A stretch of 63,039 nucleotides of DNA, filler included, from Conidiobolus incongruus B7586 (lineage: Eukaryota), in the NCBI GenBank assembly GCA_000697335.1. It is 21 parts of 21 records of this genome, joined end to end, with 100 filler letters (N's around TTAATTAATTAA, not from the genome) between each part and the next. Parts side by side here need not be neighbours in the genome. Positions count along the whole stretch, not along the records: positions 1 to 14,344 come from JNEM01006902.1; 20 more parts are not named here. One strand, given 5' to 3'. The notes under the pieces are model-generated. The model searched no databases. It was not told the origin of the DNA and worked only from the letters and a program-made list of their open reading frames with translations. The stretch's first letter is position 1. Each line of letters starts with the position of its first letter. The translations under genes and the position numbers were made by a program. Positions 1-12,258 of this stretch are shown here, piece by piece.

Positions 1-1466
1 TTTTTAAATAAATTTTAATTATAATATTAGGTTATAATATAATATAATATAATATAAAAATTTAATGAATATTTAAAAAATCAATTTATTTTAAATAATT
101 TTTATAATATATTTGATTTTATTCGATAATATAATCTGTTTTATATAATCCGTTTAAAATATAAAAAATTAATAAAATAATTATTAATTAATAATATCTT
201 GATAATACTAAAATATCTAATAAAATTGTCAAATTATAACTCATGCAAATATAATTCTTTAAGTAATCAAAAAGTGAATAATAAATAGTCTATAAAAAGT
301 TATAATTTATTTAAAACAAAAGTCAAATCTCCAAATATAATAAAAATCTATTAAGATATTAAAAATATATCAAGTTTATAACAAACAATTATTTAAATTA
401 AAAGGATATTTTGATTATATATTTTATATTAAAATTGATAATTTATATATTAAAATATTTATTTATATCAAATCTCAGGAAAATTTTCTTATATAGGATT
501 TATAGTCATATTGAAAGTTTTTATATATCTATTTTAAAGTATAATATTAAATAAAATATTTTACCTTAGTTTAATATAATAAGAATCAAAAATATTTGTA
601 AATAACTAATATCTCACCATTTATTGGTTAATAGATTAATTATAGATTTTTATATAATGACTTGTTTTGATAAAATATATTCAGATTGTCAATACATATA
701 TATTAATAATATTTCTATCTATCAAAAATATGATTGATATTAACACCTATCAATCTTATAATATATAATCTTATTTCAATATTTCAACGACCCAGGCAAA
801 GATTAAATAGTATTTATGAAATACTTATCTCATATTTCATATTTTTATTTTTAATTTTTTTAATTTTTTAAATAATTGAAATTATTTTATATAATTTCAT
901 AATTACTTTAAATATTATGGAAAATACAAATTAATTTCCAATAATATACTTGATAATGCTAAAAAAATATTAAATTTGTGAAATTTGTGAATATTTGTAT
1001 TTACAGATAACTTGTTAATAATTTAATTCATAAATTTTTAATTAAAAACTTATTAATTTTTGTTTCAAAAAATTATAATAATAAACATTCAATAATTTGG
1101 ATATTTAATTGGATAATGTAAAATTAATGTTAGTTATATCAGATGATACATTCATTGAATTAATTATTACTTAGATGATTGTCTCAATATTCTATTATTT
1201 GTAATATTTAGTCGATTATTAATTCGCTATGTATATTAATGGAAATTATTGATCTATAAAAATAATCCTAACAAATAAAAAAACTTAGAGATAAATATGT
1301 ATTTATGTGTTTTAATGGTCATGGAAATAAAACTTCATACTAACAGGATCGAAGGATTTATATTAATTTTTCATTTTTAGGTTTACGAGAAGTATTTAAA
1401 AAGTTGAGCAATTCAATCTTTTTTTATAAACTATTTATTAATCCTAACTACTTAATAACTCGGATA

Positions 1467-2434
1467 ATGATTAGTTTAAAGTGGCCAAGAATACATTTGT
1501 TCGAAATTCAAGAAATTGACTGGTATCCAGATTTTTTAAAACATCAATTGACATTTCTTTTACATTTAGAGTGGAATTTTGAAGTTCCAGAATTTATTGA
1601 CAAAGTTTTTCCAGAATTAAAGAAATGGATCAAACCAAGATATCGTCTTGCATCTGAGCCTATTAGTAGAGCAATTTCTTCATTGATTGAGTTGTATCCA
1701 AACCAAGAGGTTGCTGTCATGGATATGTGCTCCGGTGGATCCGGTCCCAATGAGATCATATCTAGTTATGTTAACGAACTACTTAAGGAAAAGGTAGAAA
1801 AACCCATTAAATTCTACCTCTCGGATCTCTATCCCAATACTAGTCATTGGAAGCAAGTATGTGCTGACAATCCTTACCTTAGTTATATCGAATATCCAAT
1901 TGATATCACCAAGCCTTTTGAGTTTCCTCAAGCAGATAAAGTGTTTCAAACGTTTTACTGTTGTTATCATCATTTTGAAGATTATACCTTGAGAAAAGTT
2001 ATCAAGAACTCTCTGGATTACTCAGATGGATTTGCGTAAGTGAAGAATATATTGTGATTTAAAAGTATTAATAACCATGAATCATTAGGATTGTTGAGGT
2101 TACCGAAAGAACTTTAATGAGTTGTTTGAGCTGTTCAATCATTGGGGGTATACTGTTTCCTATGATCATGATTCCGTTCCACATTCATCGAGTTCCCATC
2201 TCTATGCTTGTCACTATGTATATCTTCCCTATCCTTATCGTTAGTTGGGTTTGGGATAGTTTAGTTTCTTGCCTCCGTTCAAGATCTAATGAAGAATTAA
2301 TGAAATTTTTTAATGAGTTCGATATCGAAGGATGGGAATTTAAATCTGGAACTGAGTATATTAATCCTTTTGAAAGAATGAACTGGATTACTGCGGTCAG
2401 GAAGCCTATAACTAATTCTACTGGTGGAATTTAA
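1467..2434 (+). CDS. Class I SAM-dependent methyltransferase-like protein with C-terminal hydrophobic hairpin, copy 1. Exons 1467-2035 and 2089-2434, 304 aa
   Basis: ATG at 1467 (MISLKWPRIHLFE) aligns with the paralog starts. A 53-nt intron GTAAGT...TTAG (2036-2088) joins the two track ORFs in frame (DGFA-IVEVTER). Motif I-like MDMCSGGSGP, motif II-like LSDLYPN, YHHF, and two hydrophobic segments before WD..SCLR. Confidence 0.88.
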
Positions 2435-2861
2435 TACATTTTCATGTTAAATAAACAAGTTATCTTTTGGTGCTATATTCAATATTCAATCCTGACATTG
2501 TTTATATTGATATATTTTATTCTAGTCATAAGACTACATATAAATATTTATAATACTAAATATATCTAGATTAGAAAGTAAAGTTTATCAAATTTTTGAT
2601 TGGAATAAATTGTATTTATTAACTAATTTAAGAAAAGAATTAATATCTTAGTGGTACTGAACACAAAGAGTTTATTTTAATAAATTAATATAATTTAAAC
2701 TTAAATATTAATAATGCTTAAAAAATTATATCTTATGGATTATCCGGTCTTTAATTCTAATTGAAGTATATAACTAAATAAATTCATATTAAGTACAACC
2801 ATTTTCCAGTGCTATTGTATACATAATTAATAGATATATATGTATATCATAATATTTTAAT

Positions 2862-3389
2862 CTAAGGACCACCATGAGAATTTTCATCACAAAGAACTAC
2901 TCTAAAAGCATAAGAAGCAGTATAACTGATAAATGTATTCAAATCATTTGGCAAACCTGGTGAGATGAAAATTCTTCCCACTTCTTTGAATGAGAAAACT
3001 GTTCTCCTAAACTCTGCAATAACTTTACCAGTTTGACAATCCACTAAAGTCAAAGTATTATGAAAAAATCCCATCCGCCACTTCCAATTAATATTTTCAT
3101 AGCCTTTGATGCTGGATGTACCCCTGATTTTGAAAGTAGTGAAAGTGCGAGTACATGATGCTTCAATGCGACTATCTTGAGTAACAAAGACAATACATTT
3201 CTTTAAAGTCAACAACTTAGGTGAAAAGATTTTACCTATGGTTTCTTGATCACTATTTACCAAAAAGATAGGCTTAAAAATGTTGAAATCAACCATATGA
3301 ACTTCATTGTTTTTGCAATTGGTCAATTTCCATACTCTTTTAATAAGATGTGGTCTTGTAACGATGTATTGTATTGTTTCCTCATTCAT
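2862..3389 (-). CDS. Tubby C-terminal / LURP-one-like (DUF6593-like) beta-barrel protein, 175 aa, intronless
   Basis: Clean ATG-started ORF with higher GC than its flanks. Pattern WKW...LTLVD..TG.VIAEF.R...S.K..G.I.I followed by a C-terminal hydrophobic helix. TATAAAA about 40 nt upstream. Family assignment is by eye. Confidence 0.7.
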   Translation of the reverse strand: MNEETIQYIVTRPHLIKRVWKLTNCKNNEVHMVDFNIFKPIFLVNSDQETIGKIFSPKLLTLKKCIVFVTQDSRIEASCTRTFTTFKIRGTSSIKGYENINWKWRMGFFHNTLTLVDCQTGKVIAEFRRTVFSFKEVGRIFISPGLPNDLNTFISYTASYAFRVVLCDENSHGGP

Positions 3390-5559
3390 TTTATAATATT
3401 AGGCATATAAAGTGTACTCTATTGGGCTTTTTATACCAACTTATTGATTTTATTGTAAACAATTAAATATTTGATGATTATCAATATATTGTATGTATCC
3501 GATCATTGCCTAATTTAGAAAGGTTATTTGGTTAAAAATATTTGAATTAATTTTTGATATCGTGTATTATTTCTAATTATAATATTAAAAAAAATTGTAG
3601 TTTTTGAAAATTGTAAAATATTCAAATTAAGGAACTTTATTTAGTAAATCTTGTTCTTTATATTATCAATGATAATCTTCATATATATTCTTTTCAGAAT
3701 CTACTATTAATTCAAAATTTAATTATCTATCATTAACAAATAAAAGGTTGTTGTTTAGAGTAATTTTTCAATGCTTAAATTGTAAATTTATTGTACAGTT
3801 CGAAAGCTCATTTTGATGTAGCTATTGTCACAATATTAAAATCAAAATACAATTTTTTCAAGTTATATATTATAGATTTCTTGAATTATTGGTAATTCTA
3901 CTTATTCTTGCGAAATAAATGAACATCAGAATCTAAATGGTAAATAAAATGTATTTTTATATCTATAAATGTTTTAAATATATTCAAATAATGCTGTTAA
4001 TCAAAAATTTAAAATCTTTATTGAAAACTCAAAAATTTTATAAACATCGTTAAATATTGGCTAGTTTTTGGAAAATAGTATAAACAATGAAATACTTAAA
4101 TTTATTCATATGAAAAGCAAATTCCAAAAAATAATTAAATATATTGATGTGATAATAGCCATTATTTATTCCATTTTATCATTATTCAATCAAAATCAAT
4201 TTTCTTTATAAAATTTGATGATTTTCTAAATATAAATTTGATAAATAATGTGTTCATTATTAAAATTATTACTATCATATGAATAAATTTTAGAAAATTG
4301 ATGAGAATACTTTAATATATGGATTTTAGCAAAGTTTTTGATTTATCATATTGGGTAAATAGCTTGAAAATTAAAAACAAGACTAAATGTAATCAAAGTT
4401 CAATATGCTAGCAATATTAAATAATCAATAATGTAGTATTTTATGTTATTAAAATTATTTTCATAGAGAAATTTTAAGCTTTTTTGATATATAGTTAATA
4501 TTTCAAATTATTAAATTGACATAATTATTTTGATAGAAATACTTTATTTTTGTATGATAATAAAGATAATATTAAATTTAAAACAATAAAATAATATATG
4601 ATAGTATTAGTTGGAGGTATTGAACATATTTCACAAAAAACAATAAAATATTATAATTACAAAATCCTTTTCTAATGTCATAAGAAAATGAAAATATAAA
4701 ATAACCATCAAAATTCGATGTTATTAATTACACATATGGTACTTAAAGCAAATTATAATACAAATTATTTTAAAAGTTGATATATCATATTAATATTTAC
4801 TAGAATTCATCAACCCCTTGATAACAGAGGGCGATTTTTAATATATATATTTAATAATATGTTTGAAAATTTAACTTTATAAATATATATTTACCTAAAT
4901 ATATTTAAAATAATCAATATTACAGGATAATAAATAAAAATAATTTGTATTTCAACCAATTAAATTATTCCCATTTGCATAAATTAAAATGATAAAATCA
5001 CATATTACATATTTATTTTTGATTAATCTGGATAATCATATTTTAGTGGTGAAGATTTTATGATTTTTTAGGGTTTAATGTTTTGATTGAAATATACAAA
5101 TAATCGATATCTAAAAATTCAAACTTCAATTAATTTTCAATTGATTTGATGCAGATGCAGAGGCTCATTCTAATAATTTTTTTAATAATATTCTTAGATT
5201 AACATTTGTTAGATTAAGTATATTTGAAATAACAATTTAGGGATATAAGAAATTATTATCAATTCAATCAATAAACTCAAGTAGAAATAATATGATTGCA
5301 ATATTGAAACTATAAAACTTGAAATTGAATGATGATATATATAATTAATAAGGGTGTTGTTTTATCATATACCTCCAAATTGCGAGTTTATTAAGTGTTT
5401 TGATTGGAACCGCTGCTTAAATTTAAAATCAAAACAAATATTAATTCATCTAAATATTAAAACTGGCTTCTTTGGATATATTTTTGACAAAACGAGTATT
5501 TAAGTAATCTTATTTCAAAAAAAACAAACCTTGAATTTCTAAAATTAAAGACATATAAC

Positions 5560-6522
5560 ATGGTGAGTTTAAAATGGCCTAGAATACATCTGTTCGAATT
5601 CCACGATTTGGAATGGTTTCCAAGTTTCCTTAAATATCAAATGACATTTTTAGCACATTTAGTATGGACATTTGAATTGTCAAAATCCATTACAAGTAAA
5701 TTTCCTAGGATCAATCAATGCTTTCGACCACTATATCAGGCTGCATCCGAGCCAATTGGCAGTGCTATCTCCAACTTGGCCGAAATGTACCCTGACGAAG
5801 AGATAGCAGTAATGGATATGTGCTCTGGAGGATCTGGACCTAATCCCATTATCTCCAGACATGTGAATGCTTTACTCAAAGACAAATTAAACAAGCCTAT
5901 TAAATTCTATCTCTCAGATCTGTACCCAAATATTGAAATCTGGAAGAAAGTGTGCTCCGAAAATCCTTACCTGAGTTATATTGAAGAGCCCATTGATATC
6001 ACCAAGCCTTTTGAGTTTCCCCAAGCTGATAGAGTTTTCCAAACATTTTACGCATGTTACCACCACTTTACTGATGAATCTGTTAGGAAAATATTAAGAA
6101 ATTCTTTCGAGAACTCTGATGGATTTGCGTAATTATCAACTGATTAAATTTATATCAACTTAACTAACTTTAATTTTAGTATTGTAGAATTTACAGAGAG
6201 AAGTATTTTAGGATTGCTTAATACTGTAGTGATTGGATTTGTATTCTTACAATTCTTTCTAATCCCTTTAAATTTCCGGCGTATATCTTTCTCAATGATA
6301 GTTACTTTATATATATTCCCAGTCCTTTTATTTACAGCAATCTGGGATACTGCCATCTCTTGCCTCCGCACCAGAACTAATGAAGAGATGATGGAAATTA
6401 TCCAAGAAATTGATCCACTTGGATGGAAATTTGAATTTGGTTTCAAAAATATCACTTTTACTGGTGATCGCATAAGCTATCTAATCGCAATCAAAACTCC
6501 TAATTCTAAGCAGAGTTTGTAA
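5560..6522 (+). CDS. SAM-methyltransferase-like protein, copy 2. Exons 5560-6128 and 6180-6522, 303 aa
   Basis: 51-nt intron GTAATT...ACTAAC...TTAG (6129-6179) at the same phase-2 position as copy 1. Spliced frame DGFA-IVEFTER with the same motifs. AATAAA at about 6552. Confidence 0.9.
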
Positions 6523-8251
6523 GTTATAACAATTTTTTACATTATATTAAGAATAAAATGGAAATATATCCTATTTGAATATTCCCAGTGTTAAAATATA
6601 TAATACCCAATCTTATGATAATAGTTTTTTTTGTTCTGATGATAACATTAAGCATTCCTAATTGATTGAAATTTAATTCTATTATATAGAGGTAGTATTA
6701 TAATTATATTTGTAGTTTTTATCAAATCTTTTATTGTATTTAGAAAATACCTGTACATCTCAATTCAATAATTAAGTCAATATTATACTTAATTCAGAGT
6801 GGCTGTGTTGCTCCGTTATCGAATATTATTCTTTGTTCTTTTGGATTTTAACCAAATTCTATGCCATTCATTTAATGAACTATTTAAACACTAAGAATGA
6901 TAAAGATAGAGGGAGAAGACACTGGATATTCTGCTACAATGTCTCAATATTAAATTAACTTTAAAACATACAGCTCCAAAACGTTAAAGAGCAGAATTAA
7001 TAGATAATTTACTTAATTGTATTACAAATACTTTTCTAACAATGGTCTTTACAAAATATATTGCAATAAGAAACACCACTAATAAAATATCACATGTCAA
7101 ATATAAGGCATGGAAATTGCTTTTTATTATGCAGCTTGATTGGCAAATATCAATCTAAATTCAATATCTCATCAAAATTACTATGGTACCTAATTGGAAT
7201 TAATATTGATATAATAATATCAATAAAATAATAATCCTCATTTTCAGAATATTATTTAATTAATATATACTGTAATCGAGATATTCGAATGAGGTTCACA
7301 AGATACGAAGTGGGAATTAAACTATAAATAAATTTGGTGGTTTAATTATGTTGAAAAACTTACATAAAGATCTAAATTAACATAAATAAAAAAGTAGCCA
7401 ATAATAGAAATTCATTTTTATCAATGATTATCAAATTTTGTATATTACTATAAAAAATAAAACTTTCAAAAATTATTCAGCATATGATGATTAATAAATT
7501 TATGACTTCTATTCTTAAAAATAATCAATTTGTTATTTTAATATGTTTGATGATGTCATTGATTTTTTTATAATGCAATAATTTTAAATAGTGAATTATA
7601 ATTTCAAAATTATTTTGAAATATAAAAATAGCAATATTATCGGCTAAAATTGGAATATGCGAATAAATTTAATTATATTAATCAGATACATTTCAAAAAT
7701 TTTACATATTTTTTAATTTATTAATGCGAGTTCAGAATGGTTCTTATGCTCTAAAATATATATCAATATCACAATATCTGAAGTTATAATTTTCAATTTA
7801 TAATACAATATCAAAAATAATCACAACAAATATTAATATAAATTGATATCAATTGAAACAATATACAAGTTATAATATCAAATTGGAAAAATTGGTAGCA
7901 TGCAAGTATATGACATTTATTATTCATTTTGAAATAATATTTATACAAATAATTAAAATAATGCAAATTCAATTTTTTTCAAACGATTACCTGACTAATT
8001 GATATTTACAAAGTTATTTGATTATCGTTGATAAACTGATTAATTCATTAAATTTATTTATAAATTATTTATATTATGGAGAATGGCAATTCAAACAAAT
8101 TGAGTTATTAAATTTTTCAATATACACAAAAGAATTAGAATATTACAATTTATTGAGATAATTCCCTTTTATATATGGAATCTAGAATACTAGAAATAAT
8201 CAACTATAAATTGATTAATAATATTTTTGAATATAATAATTTACAAAGAAA

Positions 8252-8749
8252 ATAATTAAGTCAAAATGGCTAAGGATAGATTCGTTCGAATTTCATAATT
8301 TGGAATGGTTTCCAAGTTTCCTTAAATATCAAATGACATTTTTAGCACATTTAGTATGGACATTTGAATTGTCAAAATCCATTACAAGTAAATTTCCTAG
8401 GATCAATCAATGCTTTCGACCACTATATCAGGCTGCATCCGAGCCAATTGGCAGTGCTATCTCCAACTTGGCCGAAATGTACCCTGACGAAGAGATAGCA
8501 GTAATGGATATGTGCTCTGGAGGATCTGGACCTAATCCCATTATCTCCAGACATGTGAATGCTTTACTCAAAGACAAATTAAACAAGCCTATTAAATTCT
8601 ATCTCTCAGATCTGTACCCAAATATTGAAACCTGGAAGAAAGTGTGCTCCGAAAATCCTTACCTGAGTTATATTGAAGAGCCCATTGATATCACCAAGCC
8701 TTTCGAGTTTACCCAAGCTGATAAAGTGCTAATTATAAAATATACTTAA
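8252..8749 (+). pseudogene. Truncated methyltransferase-like paralog (copy 3)
   Basis: The start-codon position reads ATA (8252). The N-terminus is decayed (IIKSKWLRIDSFEF vs MVSLKWPRIHLFEF). Homology stops after QADKV (about 8728), a stop follows at 8747-8749, and there is no intron or exon 2. Confidence 0.85.
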
Positions 8750-9084
8750 TCTGACAAGAGTCAATTATATAAAATCAAGTCCATACTAAATATAATTGAT
8801 TAAATTTATATAATATATAAATACAAGACATATTATATAGTATATTTATTGTTTTAAAACGTAATATGATAAGTAATGATAGTGAAAACTATTTTTATAA
8901 TTTATATATAATATCAATCATCTTGTAAAATTCTAAATATTATATTGAATAAGAATATTCTATTTGCTTTTGATATTATTATCTTAATCATCATTTATTG
9001 GTGATTACAATGAAATTATATATCAATTAAAAAATGCAATATTTTAGCAATATTTATCAAATTAAGTAATTTGACTCTAAGTAT

Positions 9085-9418
9085 TGTCGCGGATCGGGAG
9101 GTCCGCTCGCCTTACAATTTTAACCGTCCGTCAAGATTCCAGATGTAATCCACTCACAAATATCAGGAACAACCCTTGCACAATGGAAAATTCCAGACTA
9201 TAGCAGAAGCTGGAGCCTCAACACATTGGCCAAGGATCAACCACACTATAAAATAGTCACTGGACAGATATTTGCTGGGGGATCACTTCGATCAGGGCCA
9301 AGCCCTAGATCTTGCTATTTTAATAAAACTCCTCTAAAGTATCTAGTTAGCCTTCTTTGGCCCGTTTCATCGAGCTCACGTGATCTTTATTGCAAGACTA
9401 CTTTCCAGAAGCCTTGCA
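9085..9418 (+). mobile_element. Solo LTR, 334 bp
   Basis: GC-rich island bounded by TG...CA and flanked on both sides by GTAT (9081-9084 and 9419-9422). Internal TATAAAA (about 9247) and AATAAA (about 9322) give the + orientation. Confidence 0.8.
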
Positions 9419-11156
9419 GTATATAAATATCAGTTTGAATAAACTGTAGATATAAAAATCAAATATATATGTATTTGGATCACTTAATAATATCATTAAT
9501 TTTAAAATTATACTTGACTTTTGTAACTTTCAAAATACACTTATGCTTTTTTATATAGTTATAAATAATAGTTTTTAAGGTTTGAATATTAATAATATCA
9601 AAATAAATTTTAAATGGTAGTAAAAACTCTATGATATTAGCTAATATATAATTTGGAAAACTTAGATAAAATATTTAATTCCAATTTTTCAAAACATTAT
9701 TAAATATTATTTAAGTTCATCCAAAATTCACATAAATTCGTTTCATATCATAAAGCTTATCAATATCAAATTAACAAAATATAAATTATTTCAACCGCAT
9801 ATTCATGTAAATTTTGAATTTTTTCCCATTATGAGTTTGTATAATTTTGAAATAAATTTAACAATTATACACTATATCATGTATATCATATTAAATAATA
9901 AAATGAAAAAAAAATCAGAATTGGTTAAATAAGATCATAAAAGTTTATTCATAGTTTGAATTGAGTTTTACAATTAGTTTAAAATATCTAATACCCTTAA
10001 TATTATTAAATTAAATTATCGATTGATTTGTTATTATTATTGGTTAATATTACGAAATATTTAATATAAATAAGAAACAGAATTGAAAACTGTAAATATA
10101 GGTTAATATTGAGAAAATTCCTTATATAGTATAACTATATAGATGAAAATGTTAATATATAATATATTTATTCAAATTCTTATTTTAATTTGGATAGTAA
10201 AATGATAAATTAAACCAAATACTAAACGATAAATTAGATATTTTTCTCAAATATAATATATTAATCCAATGAGTTTTGGCTATCATAATAAAAATTTAAA
10301 ATTCATTATTTTAATTTCATTTACACAATTTATTATTTCAAAATTGACTTAGCCAATTTTAATTAATATATAACTTAATTTTTTAATAATATAGTATTTT
10401 AATTAGTCAAATATATAACATACAATGGTTTAAAAGAATTGGATTAATTATAAATTTTTTATTAATAAATACAATAAACTAGAATAATATCACTTTAATT
10501 ATTAACTCTCTCTTATAATAATAATTTGAAATACATAATAGCTGCATAATCTCTCTCTAAATTGCATTTTATTTTCAAAATTCTAACTTTATAATATGTA
10601 AAATTAAATCACAGCTTAATTTTTTACTTAAATTTTTATTATCAAATTAATTTAATGAACAAGGATTTTTATGTCGTGAGTATGAAGGATGAGATAATAA
10701 GTAGTTATCTTTAATAAGTAATTTATTCATAAGTTTAGTTTATGTATTTGATCTTTATAATATGAAGAATAAGGCCTCAATTATATTTTCCTTCAATTGA
10801 TTTATCGTATTAGTTATCAAGCATTAAAAATATATTTTGCTTCTAAATTTACCAAAAATGATAATAATTGCAATAATACCTTATTGATATTAATATTCAA
10901 TAACAAATTTTTAATTAATATTTACTTTAGTATTTATAACGAGTTCAATTTTTCAAAATAATAATAATTATTTCTTAATATTTCAATATTTATTAGGATC
11001 CGCAATTATTTTATTATAATATTTTTTCTAAAAATAATTTATATTATTAATATCGATTCATATCAGTTATATTTCTTGCATTATCAATTTGATATTTAAT
11101 AAAAATATCAACTTATCATAATTTTAATTTTTTAAAATAATTTGAAAAATGTCATT

Positions 11157-11632
11157 TTAATAAAATAATAAAAGATTTAATATTAAAATGTAAAGACTGT
11201 GGTAGTTTTTTGCTGAAGCATTCAAGTGATACTGAAAATATTTCTTAATTTTATTTGCATTTCTTTGGTTAGTTATGTATTTAGCATTGCTTGGACAGGG
11301 TAAGTCCTCTAAATCAGTCCTTCCAGCTTTTATTTGAAATCCTTTTGCTACTTGTAGGTTTTTGTGAACAGTTGATATAAAATGCTTTTCACAGTATGAT
11401 ATTTTAATAAATACTTTTTTTGAACTGTGATAAAATTTAAAAATATATAATTTAAATTCATAATGGTTTATATAGACTTTTGTCAAGAAAGCTATATTAT
11501 ATATATAACATCATGAGTATGTAAATTATATATGATCCTTATAGAAAAATTAAAATGATATTAAAACAATTGTGATTTACCAAATTGTATTTGATTTTAA
11601 TATGCGAATTTACTTTTTGGACGAAAGGATAG
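11157..11632 (-). mobile_element. Mariner-type transposase 5' relic
   Basis: Track ORF 11157-11486 contains FQIKAGRTDLEDLPCPS...IT...N..KI, resembling the mariner HTH linker FKxGRxxLEDxPRSGRP. A TIR-like end (minus strand TA-CTATCCTTTCGTCCAAAAAGT) lies at about 11632. Confidence 0.55.
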
Positions 11633-12258
11633 TAAAATATCGATTTCTTCGCTATTTTTACCAATTTTGATTCATAATTTACATAACAAAGATGCTTAAT
11701 ATTAATAAATTAAAATGAAATATATATTAAAGAAAATAGTTGAAAGAATAAATGAATTGATTTTTTAAAATCTATTGAATTTGATAGGATTGTTATATAA
11801 AAAACACAATTTTATAAATGAACTAACATCATTGTTTCAACAAATCATAATGTCGAAAAGACCATTTCTCGAGATGTATAATTAAGTTGAAAATTGTTGC
11901 ACTTTCTAGTCAATATTTAATGCTTGAATATATATTTTGACATTATTCAAAAATATTATTAATAATATTACCTGAACGAATATTCGGCAAAATGTTTTTA
12001 AAATATTAATGTGAATCCTATTAATCAACATTAGAGGTAGGATGTATGACTATTATTTTTGATTGTATTTATCCTATTAAAATCAGGCACAAAACTCTAT
12101 TAATAATTGATTTTAATTATTTTAATGCTTTTAGCATTTTACCGAAAATTGAGTTTCAAAAGTACACAATCGTCTAATAATATAAATAGTGGATATTTCA
12201 CCATTGCTCATTCAAATTATTAAAAATAATGGTATCTGAACAATAAAATATAACCCAA

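Noticed and set aside
1404..1466. TTG-initiated N-terminal extension of MTase copy 1 (also the TTG starts at 6214, 8300, 12863)
   Set aside because: Eukaryotic gene; the ATG at 1467 aligns with paralog starts and the downstream ORFs are second exons or a pseudogene.
6780..7320. Slightly GC-richer patch with a membrane-protein-like peptide (SEWLCCSVIEYYSLFFWIL)
   Set aside because: No sustained ORF or convincing splice structure; may be a gene remnant but cannot be supported.
9226..9426. 66-aa ORF, and the GC-rich island as a possible rRNA/tRNA/ncRNA
   Set aside because: It lies in a TG...CA unit with TSD (solo LTR), starts at TTG, and has no recognisable rRNA or cloverleaf motifs.
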